A stretch of DNA of 64,000 nucleotides, from assembly GCA_963695095.1 (NCBI GenBank), contig CAVOFT010000001.1, positions 2,528,001 to 2,592,000 on the forward strand. Direction: 5' to 3'. The notes beneath the pieces were generated by a model. It was given only the letters and a program-made list of their open reading frames with translations, searched no databases and was not told the DNA's origin. Of the stretch, positions 1 to 7,206 are shown one piece after another (within the stretch, counting starts at the first letter, position 1; each line of letters begins with the position of its first letter). The translations under genes and the position numbers were made by a program. The stretch is from an uncultured bacterium (GTDB taxonomy: Bacteria > Krumholzibacteriota > Krumholzibacteriia > JACNKJ01).

Positions 1-1049
1 GCCGCGCGGCCGTAGGCCTCGAGGGCGTCGGGGCTGTCCTCGGCGTGGCGCAGGCGGCTGCCGATGAAGACGAGGGTGTCGTCGGCATCGAGCAAGGCAT
101 CGCCGTCGCGGTCGAGGAAGTAGCGGGGCTCGGGAATCTGCGTGAACTCGGGCTCGCCGGCCGGACTCCAGGCGAAGCGCTGGCGCCAGATGGCGATCTC
201 GGCCAGCGGCGTGCCCAGGCCGATGTCCCAGGCCGCGAGCGCGGCGCCGCTCACGCCGTGAAGACCATCGGTGGTGGTGAGCAGCTTCAGGCTCGGCTGC
301 GCACTGCCTGCGCGCGGCCCGCGGGGCGATGCGGCGGGCAGGCGGCGCGCCCAGCCGCCGGCCGCCTCGGCATTGAGCAAGGCGCTCGCATAGACGGGCG
401 CGAAGAGCGGATCCGGCGTTCGCAGGGCCTCGCCGGCTGCGGCGCGTTCGGCCTCCCCGACACCCGGCCGAAAGCTGAGCGTGACGCGCAAGGCGCTGGC
501 CAGGCGCAAGCCGCGCGCGGGATCCCAGCCCACCGGCTCGACGATGAGCTCCTGCACCCAGAGATCGCGGAGCTGGCGCCGGGCGCCGAGGCGAACCCCC
601 AGCGGATAGCTCTCGCCAAAGGCGGCCGGATCGCGCAGGAGCTGCTCCAGGGGCGGCGCGCCGTCGGCGGGGCCCGCAGTCAGGGTCGGGAAGGGCAGCG
701 GCTCGCCGGCCAGGGCCTCGCTCCCCAGGAGCTGCCAGCTGAGCCGCGCCACGCTACCCGGCGGCAGGGCCACCTGACCGCGCCAGCGCGGGAGCAGGGG
801 CGCCCCCGAGGCGCTCGGTGTCTCGGCGATGGCGCTCTCGAGGCCGCAGCCGGGCAAGGCGAGCAGGAGCCCCTCATCGGTGGCCCGGATTTCATCCGCC
901 GTGAAGCGGAACTCCAGGCTGAGGCCGGCGGCATCGCTGGCCAGCAGCCGGCTCGCCGGCGGCAGGCCGCCTTGAGCGCCGGCGACAGCGGGCAGGACCA
1001 GCGCCAGGCCGGCCGCGGCGCAGGCAATGAGCAGTGTGCGAAGCTGCAC
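1..1049 (-). CDS. Secreted protein, probable peptidase C25 (gingipain/PorU-like) N-terminal region; runs off the left edge
   Basis: Not in the ORF track. Read manually: GGAGG RBS, GTG at 1049, signal peptide MQLRTLLIACAAAGLALVLPAVAGA|Q, then GAPLLPRWRGQVALPPG...LRDLWVQELIVEPVGWDP...LKLLTTTDGLHGVSGAAL...DDTLVFIG, which resembles a C25 propeptide followed by the PorU-type N-terminal segment. The + ORF 45..1076 is its in-register antisense shadow. The catalytic domain is not in the window. Confidence 0.6.
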   Translation of the reverse strand, partial: MQLRTLLIACAAAGLALVLPAVAGAQGGLPPASRLLASDAAGLSLEFRFTADEIRATDEGLLLALPGCGLESAIAETPSASGAPLLPRWRGQVALPPGSVARLSWQLLGSEALAGEPLPFPTLTAGPADGAPPLEQLLRDPAAFGESYPLGVRLGARRQLRDLWVQELIVEPVGWDPARGLRLASALRVTLSFRPGVGEAERAAAGEALRTPDPLFAPVYASALLNAEAAGGWARRLPAASPRGPRAGSAQPSLKLLTTTDGLHGVSGAALAAWDIGLGTPLAEIAIWRQRFAWSPAGEPEFTQIPEPRYFLDRDGDALLDADDTLVFIGSRLRHAEDSPDALEAYGRA

Positions 1050-1255
1050 GGATCCCTCCGGTCGGGGTGCGGCTGAAGGATCGCATCCAGCAGGGATGGC
1101 AGGCCGTGGGCGCCCAGGGATGCCGAAAGCTAGCATCGCGGCCGGGCGCTGTCCAGGCGCGGCGGTCGCCTGGAGAGAAGAAACGGCCCTCCCCGGCCCG
1201 CAGCAGCGGGGCAGGGAAGGCCATTGAGGTGATCCCGCAGTCGTCAGGAACGAAG

Positions 1256-1825
1256 CTAGTACAGGGCCTTGATCGAACCCCAGTTGCTCGCTTCGACACT
1301 CGTCTCGCAGGGACAATCGCCCGTGCAGTTGAAGGTGAAGTTCCAGCCATCGACGATATGCTCATCGAAAGTCGTCGCATCGACGATGATCACACCCAGG
1401 AGATTCGGCGGGTCGCCCTTGGCGATCGTCATCGTGTAGTCGCTACCTACCCAGGCGCCCAGAGGCAAGAACTCCACGTAGCCGAGCTGGAACACGCCGC
1501 TCGCCAGGTAGGGAGTCCAGGCGAGAGCCAGGTCGACCGTGATGTCGCCGATGGCCAGGGTGGTGGTCCAGTGCGGGGTGATGATGCCTCCTGCGGCCGG
1601 CCAGTTCGTCACCTTGAATTCCACGGCACTCACGCCGAGAATCTCCGCAGGATCCGCATAGCCCACGAAGTAGACGCTCACCGACACGTAGGGCGTGCTC
1701 ATGTCCGCGACGCAGTCGGTCATCGCCTGATCGTTGAACATGCCGATGTAGCTGGAAGCCTGGGCGGACGTGCCCGCGGCAACGAGCGCCAGAAGTGCAA
1801 GTAAGATGCGCATTTTCTTCATCAT
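1256..1825 (-). CDS. Secreted beta-rich protein with C-terminal WGSIKALY tail (paralog 3)
   Basis: GGAGGG RBS, signal peptide, homologous to the next two genes, Cys-rich linker then TSVEASNWGSIKALY*. Confidence 0.9.
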   Translation of the reverse strand: MMKKMRILLALLALVAAGTSAQASSYIGMFNDQAMTDCVADMSTPYVSVSVYFVGYADPAEILGVSAVEFKVTNWPAAGGIITPHWTTTLAIGDITVDLALAWTPYLASGVFQLGYVEFLPLGAWVGSDYTMTIAKGDPPNLLGVIIVDATTFDEHIVDGWNFTFNCTGDCPCETSVEASNWGSIKALY

Positions 1826-1889
1826 GACCCTCCTGCGGGTACCTCGGATAGATGGACAGTCATCACCGGAGTGCGGCCTTAGCGCGGGT

Positions 1890-1919
1890 AAACTAACACC
1901 CGGTTTTTCTGAGTGTCAA
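1890..1919 (-). promoter_or_regulatory. Putative sigma70 promoter for 1256..1825
   Basis: TTGACA-N18-TAGTTT on the minus strand. Confidence 0.45.
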
Positions 1920-1976
1920 CAGAAAGGGGAGCGCGGCCTCGCGGAAATCGGCGGCCGCGCAGCGGTAAGCCGCCGC

Positions 1977-2011
1977 AAATGAAGCGACCGCCGGCCGAAG
2001 CCGGCGGTCGC
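1977..2011 (-). terminator. Intrinsic terminator after paralog 2
   Basis: Perfect 12-bp stem GCGACCGCCGGC, TTCG loop (minus strand), followed by TTCATTT. Confidence 0.7.
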
Positions 2012-2038
2012 AATCGAAGACCCAGTTAACGATGCAGC

Positions 2039-2614
2039 CTAGTACAGAGCCTTGATCTGGCCCCAGGTGGCATCCTCGGTCGCGATGGTCGGCTGGCAAT
2101 TGCAGCCATACTCCAGGGCGCCCGTGCAGTTGAAGGTGAAGAAGTGGTCGGGCTCGCAGTCCCACTCGATGTAGTCCGTGTCGACCACGACCAGGCAGTT
2201 GCAATCGTTGCCGGGCATGATCGTCATGCGGAAGTCCGCACCCAGGTCGGCCAGCGCCAGGAACTGGAGCGTGCCCAGCAAGGCGACGGGGCCGGGGAGG
2301 GGCGGCGTGAAGGCCAGCGCCAGATCATGACCCATGGTACCGATCACGAGCGTCGTGTTCCACGTGGGGGTGATGATCGCGGCCGCGGGGCCGGGGAGGT
2401 TGTCGATGCGGAACTCGGCAGCCGTGATCGCAGGAATGTCGGTCTCCGGCAGGACCGCGAAGACATAGACATTCATCGGCACGAACGGCGTCAGGTCCGC
2501 CTCGCACAGCACGGCCGTGTCATCGGCGTACAGGCCGATGAAGGGCTGGCTCTGCGCGGCGGCAACACTGCTCATGGCGACCAGGAGCAGAAGAGCGGCC
2601 ATCAATTTCTTCAT
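2039..2614 (-). CDS. Secreted beta-rich protein with C-terminal WGQIKALY tail (paralog 2)
   Basis: AAGGAG RBS, signal peptide ending AAA|QSQ, tail IATEDATWGQIKALY*. Confidence 0.9.
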   Translation of the reverse strand: MKKLMAALLLLVAMSSVAAAQSQPFIGLYADDTAVLCEADLTPFVPMNVYVFAVLPETDIPAITAAEFRIDNLPGPAAAIITPTWNTTLVIGTMGHDLALAFTPPLPGPVALLGTLQFLALADLGADFRMTIMPGNDCNCLVVVDTDYIEWDCEPDHFFTFNCTGALEYGCNCQPTIATEDATWGQIKALY

Positions 2615-2828
2615 GTTGCAACTCCTTGAGATGTTTTAGAGAGTGGTGACAAGCCGAAGCTTGGTACCCATTGCCCAGTCTAGAGCCTGAGCCGCGCTCT
2701 CCGAACCCTGCTTGCCAGCCGGAGACGTCTCCAAGTACTCGGCCGGCATTCTGGGCGGGGTCGCCGGTAGGCCGACGACCCCTTTCAACCGCAAGTCGAA
2801 ACTAGTACAGAGCCTTGATCTGGCCCCA
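2039..2828. repeat. Identical 27-nt repeat encoding WGQIKALY-stop (2039-2065 and 2802-2828); variant copy at 1256-1282
   Basis: ctagtacagagccttgatctggcccca read at both positions. Confidence 0.85.
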
Positions 2829-3392
2829 AGCAGCCTCCTCGGCCGCGATGGTGGCCTCGCACTGGCAGGCACCATTGGGACCACCCACAACACAGTTGAT
2901 GATCATGCGCCAACCCTCGGCCGGAACCTCGGACGCGGTCTCGGCATCCACGACCACCAGGTTGCCGGCGCCCGAGGGCACGACTTCCATCACGAAGTCG
3001 GCGGCAGGAGGCACCTGACCACCGATGTAGGCGATGCTGCCCAGGTAGGCCAGGGGCGCCTCCAGGGGCGTCGTGAAGGCCAGCGCCACGCCGTCGGGCG
3101 TCATGATGTTGCCGATGACCAGGGTGGTGTTCCAGGCCGGGGTCGCGGCGAGAGCGCCGGTAGCCGCCTGGGTGACACCCGTGGCACCGAACTCGCAGGC
3201 GCTCATCGTGGGCACGCTGGGCTCGAGCAGGGCGACGAAGTACACGGTGACGGAGGCGTAGGGCGTGGTCCAGGCCTTCGAGCAGGTAAGCGCACCCTGC
3301 TCACCGAAGATCCCGATCACGTTGGCGGCACTCGCAGCACTGGCCATCAGGACCAGGCTCAGCGCCAAAGCAGCGATCACACTCTTCTTCAT
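2802..3392 (-). CDS. Secreted beta-rich protein with C-terminal WGQIKALY tail (paralog 1)
   Basis: GAGGAG RBS, signal peptide, tail IAAEEAAWGQIKALY*. Confidence 0.9.
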   Translation of the reverse strand: MKKSVIAALALSLVLMASAASAANVIGIFGEQGALTCSKAWTTPYASVTVYFVALLEPSVPTMSACEFGATGVTQAATGALAATPAWNTTLVIGNIMTPDGVALAFTTPLEAPLAYLGSIAYIGGQVPPAADFVMEVVPSGAGNLVVVDAETASEVPAEGWRMIINCVVGGPNGACQCEATIAAEEAAWGQIKALY

Positions 3393-3507
3393 TTGGCGAA
3401 CTCCTCTACGTTGTTGATGCCGACTGGTGAAAAAGCTGTAACGCCAATTGAATTCGTTCGCAGCTCACACTCTGTTGAGCCCGAGTCCAGCATTCGCTGG
3501 GCCCGGT

Positions 3508-3532
3508 GTGCCCCGCGGCATCCGCGGGGCAC
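3508..3532. other. Intergenic stem-loop after the dockerin-like gene (no U-tract)
   Basis: GTGCCCCGCGG-cat-CCGCGGGGCAC, perfect 11-bp stem. Confidence 0.55.
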
Positions 3533-3551
3533 GATCTGGACCAACGTGCGC

Positions 3552-4158
3552 CTAGGGGCAGCTGCTCACGTTGAAGAACCCAGCGAAGATACCGAAGTCC
3601 GCAACGGTCACGTTCGGCGAGCCGACGCTCTCGTTGTAGTTCGCGCAGTTGCCATCGCCCTGGAAGAAGCCGGCGAAGAGACCGAAGTCAGCGACGGTCA
3701 CGGTGCCGCTACCGTTCAGGTCGGGGCTGTTGACGCTCAGGGTCAGGTCGGCGATGACGTTGCCCACCGCAACCACGTTCATGCTGATGTTCGCGCACTG
3801 GGCGCCATTCACCACACCGCCGCGGGGCGTGCCCGTGAAGGTCGTGTGACCGGGGTCGGGCGCGAAGGTCGAGCTATCGGCGATGACGCCGCCCGCGCAC
3901 CAGACGACGAGGGGATCCTCGAGCCAGATGTCGGAGGCGATGATCTCGACGGGGTTGTTGCCCGAGTCGTTCACACTACACATCGATCGTGCGGTTGACA
4001 GGAACCACGAAGCTGTCCGCGCCGCCGGGCGCGATCGTCATGATACCGGGCGTGGCGATCGTCGCGGAGCTATTCGCGGGATCGACGATGCCGGCATTGG
4101 CGTTGGTGACCAGAAGGGCCAGCGCGGCCATCAGCACGAGAATCTTTCTGCTAGTCAT
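3552..4158 (-). CDS. Secreted protein with C-terminal dockerin/EF-hand-like duplicated motif; one-base insertion near 3979
   Basis: GGAGGTG RBS, ATG 4158, signal peptide. ORFs 3976..4170 and 3552..3983 join as IDVYVND if one base is removed. Repeats PDLNGSGTVTVADFGLF and NYNESVGSPNVTVADFGIF. Confidence 0.75.
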
Positions 4159-4366
4159 CGGCAGAAGCACCTCCTACAAAGGGTAGCATTGAGCGACAGT
4201 CCCGACTGGCAAGGACAAGAGCGATCGCTCGGTTGTATGTAAGCAAGGGCACTACTTGCAGGGGCTTTAAGGATACCACCTCCGTCCCCAGTTACACAAG
4301 CCACAGTTGCGTTGCCACTCAGGAGCGGCTCCACCTCTGTGGGGAATCTTCCTGCGGTGGCTTGTG

Positions 4367-4396
4367 AGTATATCAGAGCTGGAAAATCGCTGTCAA
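4367..4396 (-). promoter_or_regulatory. Strong sigma70-type promoter of the envelope cluster
   Basis: TTGACA-N18-TATACT with extended -10 (TGaTATACT). Confidence 0.65.
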
Positions 4397-4508
4397 TCGG
4401 CATCCGCGCCTGACGCGAAATACTAACGGCATCTTCCCGAACCACTTACATGCCCCTTGCGGAAGGATCCGCTCGCAGGGACCGCGGCTGGGAAGGTGGG
4501 GAGGGGGG

Positions 4509-4581
4509 TGGGCGAAACAGGGCTCGAACCTGTGACCCCCTGCGTGTAAGGCAGATGCTCTCCCAACTGAGCTATTCGCCC
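4509..4581 (-). tRNA. tRNA-Val(TAC), CCA not encoded
   Basis: GGGCGAATAGCTCAGTTGGGAGAGCATCTGCCTTACACGCAGGGGGTCACAGGTTCGAGCCCTGTTTCGCCCA folds as a cloverleaf with anticodon TAC; it is followed by CCC. Confidence 0.95.
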
Positions 4582-4781
4582 CGGGACGGTCGGCCCCCTC
4601 CTGACTCGGAGTGGCCGAGCCTGAAGAGCGCCGCCGGAATGAGCAGGCAGTAGCCGGCCACGAGGAGAAGGGGCGCCAGGGTCATGCTGCCCATGCCCAG
4701 GGCGACATAGCCCAGGGCGATGGCGATCACGCCCGCCGCGAAGAGCCCCTTGAAACCCGCTAGACGAAGGCTGGCAGCCAC
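4572..4781 (-). CDS. Small two-TM membrane protein, DUF3098-like
   Basis: GAGGGG RBS, GTG start, motif GVIAIALGY...TLAPLLLVAGY; stop codon lies inside the tRNA. Confidence 0.65.
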   Translation of the reverse strand: MAASLRLAGFKGLFAAGVIAIALGYVALGMGSMTLAPLLLVAGYCLLIPAALFRLGHSESGGGRPSRGE

Positions 4782-4830
4782 GGTCCCCTCCTGATTGCAG
4801 TCGCCACCGAGTCCCGCTCGGACGAGGAAG

Positions 4831-5688
4831 CTACGGATTCGAGTCCGGCTCTGTCAAGCTGCTGCGGCTGAGCCGGCTCAAGCTCCCCGAGTGGAAGGGC
4901 CGCAAGTCCAGGGACACCGAGCCGAAGCCCAGCGCCCGCAGCCCCTCGTCGACGGAGGCGGCCAGGCCGGGGGCCGCCAGGCGCCCCCACTCCTCGCCCC
5001 CCAGCTCGATGCGGGCGAGCAGGCCGTGATGGCGCACGCGATAGTCGCGGAAGCCGAGATCGCGCAGGAGCTTTTCGGCCTGGCCCAGCTGGTCGAGCTT
5101 CTCGGCCGTCACTTCGCTGAAATGGGGAATGCGGCTGGCCAGACAGGCCCGCGCCGGCCGGTCCCAGATCGACAGGCCGCGCTCCCGGGCGAGGCGACGG
5201 ATGTCGGCCTTCTCCAGGCCGGCCTCGGCCAGCGGCGCTCGCACCCGGTAGCGGCGGGCCGCGTCGGCCCCCGGTCGCTCCTCGCCGAGGTCGCTGCGAT
5301 TGCCCCCGTAGACGAGGGTCTGGAAAGCCTCGGCCGCGGCCAGGGCCTCCATCTGCTGGAAGAGCTCCTGCTTGCAGAAGAAGCAGCGATCGGGGGCGTT
5401 CGCGCGGTAGTCGGCGTTCTCGAGTTCGCGGGTGGCCAGCACGCGCACGGGCACGCCCCACTCGGCCGCGAAGACGAGGGCCTCGTCCCGCTCCCAGTCG
5501 GCCAGGGAGGCCGAATCGGCCAGCACGGCCGTCAAGTCCCCGCCCAGGACTTCGTGAGCGAGGACGGCCAGGTAGCCGGAGTCCACGCCACCCGAGTAGG
5601 CGAGCAGGGTGCGGCCGCCATCGGCCAGGATGCTCCGCAAGCGGGCTTCCTTGGCGCGCAGCGTGTCGTCGAGGGCAGGCAGTTCCAT
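4831..5688 (-). CDS. larE: LarE-family ATP-dependent sulfur transferase (PP-loop)
   Basis: AYSGGVDS PP-loop, DRCFFCK, ACLASRIP, RVRHHG. Confidence 0.85.
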   Translation of the reverse strand: MELPALDDTLRAKEARLRSILADGGRTLLAYSGGVDSGYLAVLAHEVLGGDLTAVLADSASLADWERDEALVFAAEWGVPVRVLATRELENADYRANAPDRCFFCKQELFQQMEALAAAEAFQTLVYGGNRSDLGEERPGADAARRYRVRAPLAEAGLEKADIRRLARERGLSIWDRPARACLASRIPHFSEVTAEKLDQLGQAEKLLRDLGFRDYRVRHHGLLARIELGGEEWGRLAAPGLAASVDEGLRALGFGSVSLDLRPFHSGSLSRLSRSSLTEPDSNP

Positions 5689-5731
5689 GCCCCTAGACTA
5701 GCAAGAAGCGCGCGCGCCCGCCAGCACCGGC

Positions 5732-6754
5732 CTAGGAGCCGCCGCGCAGACGGCGCAGCGTCGCCACATTGCGCTTGTGCTCGGCGAAGGTGGCCGCGAA
5801 ACGGTGGCCGCCGCTGCCGTCGGCGACGAAGAAGAGGCTGCGGTCCTCGGGATCGGCGGCCAGGGACGCCGCCAGGCTGGCCCGGCCGGGGCTGCAGATG
5901 GGCCCCGGCGGCAGGCCCTTGTAGCGATAGGTGTTGTAGGGCGAGTCCACGCGCAGGTCGCGGTAGTAGACGCGCAGGCGCCGCTCGCCGAGGGCATAGA
6001 GGACCGTGGGGTCGGCTTCCAGGCGCATGCCCCGAGCGAGGCGGTTCAGGTAGACCCGCGCGATGCGCGGCCGGTCCTCGTCGAGATAGGCCTCGGCTTC
6101 CACGATGGAGGCCAGGGTGGTCCACTGCAGGGCATCCAGGGACCAGCCGGGTGGGGCCGCCTTGCGCAGTTCATCCAGCGTGCCGGCGAAGGCGTCGAGC
6201 AGGGTGGCGATCACCTCGCCGGCGCTCGTCGGGTACTCGAAGGCATAGGTGTCCGGCATCAGGAAGCCCTCGAGGTCCGGCCGCCCGGCGAGGAAGTCGT
6301 GAGCGGGCCAGCGCTGGGGATCGCGCACGCGCTGCGCCAGCTCGAGGGAATCGAGCTCGAGCTGGCCGGCGATGGCCGCCACCGCCTCGTCCAGCCAGAG
6401 CCCTTCGCGCAGGGTGAGGCGCAGCTTCTCGGTGCGGCCCAGGCGCAGTTGCTCGGCCAGGGCCGCCGGGCTGCTCGGCCGGCGAAAGCGGTAGCGGCCG
6501 GCGCGCAGCTCGTCCGCCTCGCCACGCCGGCGCAAGCCCCAGAGAAAGGCGCGCGGCGACTTGAGAACCCCGGCCGCGGCGAGCTGGGTGGCGATGGCCC
6601 GAGAGCTCGTTCCCGGCGCGATGATCACGAGAGTGTCGGCCGCCGCCTGCGGCGGCTCGCGCCGCCAGGCCCGCTCCAGGCCGGCGCCGAGGCCCAGGAG
6701 CAGCGCGAGGCCCACGAAGACAAAGGTCGCAAGCCCGAAGCGAAGCCGAATCAT
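5732..6754 (-). CDS. mltG: Endolytic transglycosylase MltG
   Basis: N-terminal TM, LEGFLMPDTY, LASIVEAE, DSPYNTY, GLPPGPI. Confidence 0.95.
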   Translation of the reverse strand: MIRLRFGLATFVFVGLALLLGLGAGLERAWRREPPQAAADTLVIIAPGTSSRAIATQLAAAGVLKSPRAFLWGLRRRGEADELRAGRYRFRRPSSPAALAEQLRLGRTEKLRLTLREGLWLDEAVAAIAGQLELDSLELAQRVRDPQRWPAHDFLAGRPDLEGFLMPDTYAFEYPTSAGEVIATLLDAFAGTLDELRKAAPPGWSLDALQWTTLASIVEAEAYLDEDRPRIARVYLNRLARGMRLEADPTVLYALGERRLRVYYRDLRVDSPYNTYRYKGLPPGPICSPGRASLAASLAADPEDRSLFFVADGSGGHRFAATFAEHKRNVATLRRLRGGS

Positions 6755-7206
6755 GGTGCACTGTCCCCGCTGGCAGTCCCGGAGCCGCGCTGGGCGTCCA
6801 ACCAGGACTGCAGGATGAAGACCGCCGCGAGGCGATCCCAGTCGTGGCGCTCGCCGGCGGGAAAGGCCCGCCGGGCCGCCTTGGTCGTGAGCCGCTCGTC
6901 CCAGAGGGTGACGGGCAGGCCGAACTCCTCGCCGAGCCGCGCGGCGAGGCGGCGGGCGAGGGCGGCGGCCTCGCCTTCGCTGCCATCGAGATGGCGCGGC
7001 AGGCCCACGACGAGCTGCGCCACGGCGTAGTCCGCAATCAGTCGGCGCAGCAGGGCGAAGAAGCCGCCTCGCCCGCGCCGGAAGCTCTCCAGGCCCTGGG
7101 CCGTCAGGCCGAGCGCATCGCTGACGGCGAGCCCCACGCGCACAGTGCCCGGATCGATGCCCAAGACGCGCGGCCGCTCGGCGAGCGGCGCCGGTTCAGT
7201 GGGCAT
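6751..7206 (-). CDS. ruvX: YqgF/RuvX family nuclease
   Basis: LGIDPGTVRVGLAVSD, VVGLP, WDERLTT, DRLAAVFILQSWLD. Confidence 0.95.
   Translation of the reverse strand: MPTEPAPLAERPRVLGIDPGTVRVGLAVSDALGLTAQGLESFRRGRGGFFALLRRLIADYAVAQLVVGLPRHLDGSEGEAAALARRLAARLGEEFGLPVTLWDERLTTKAARRAFPAGERHDWDRLAAVFILQSWLDAQRGSGTASGDSAP

Noticed and set aside
45..1076. 343-aa plus-strand ORF
   Set aside because: In-register antisense shadow of the minus-strand secreted protein; no RBS or motifs.
1256..2828. 27-nt repeats as a CRISPR array or DGR template/variable repeat
   Set aside because: They are coding ends of paralogs about 770 bp apart; there is no cas or reverse transcriptase gene and no adenine-specific variation.
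3970..3990. TAG readthrough or programmed frameshift in the dockerin-like gene
   Set aside because: Readthrough does not restore the frame and there is no slippery site; it fits the window-wide insertion pattern.
4450..4510. tRNA-Val as the integration site of an island
   Set aside because: No integrase and no duplicated tRNA 3' end seen; the lower GC next to it is explained by promoter and leader sequence.
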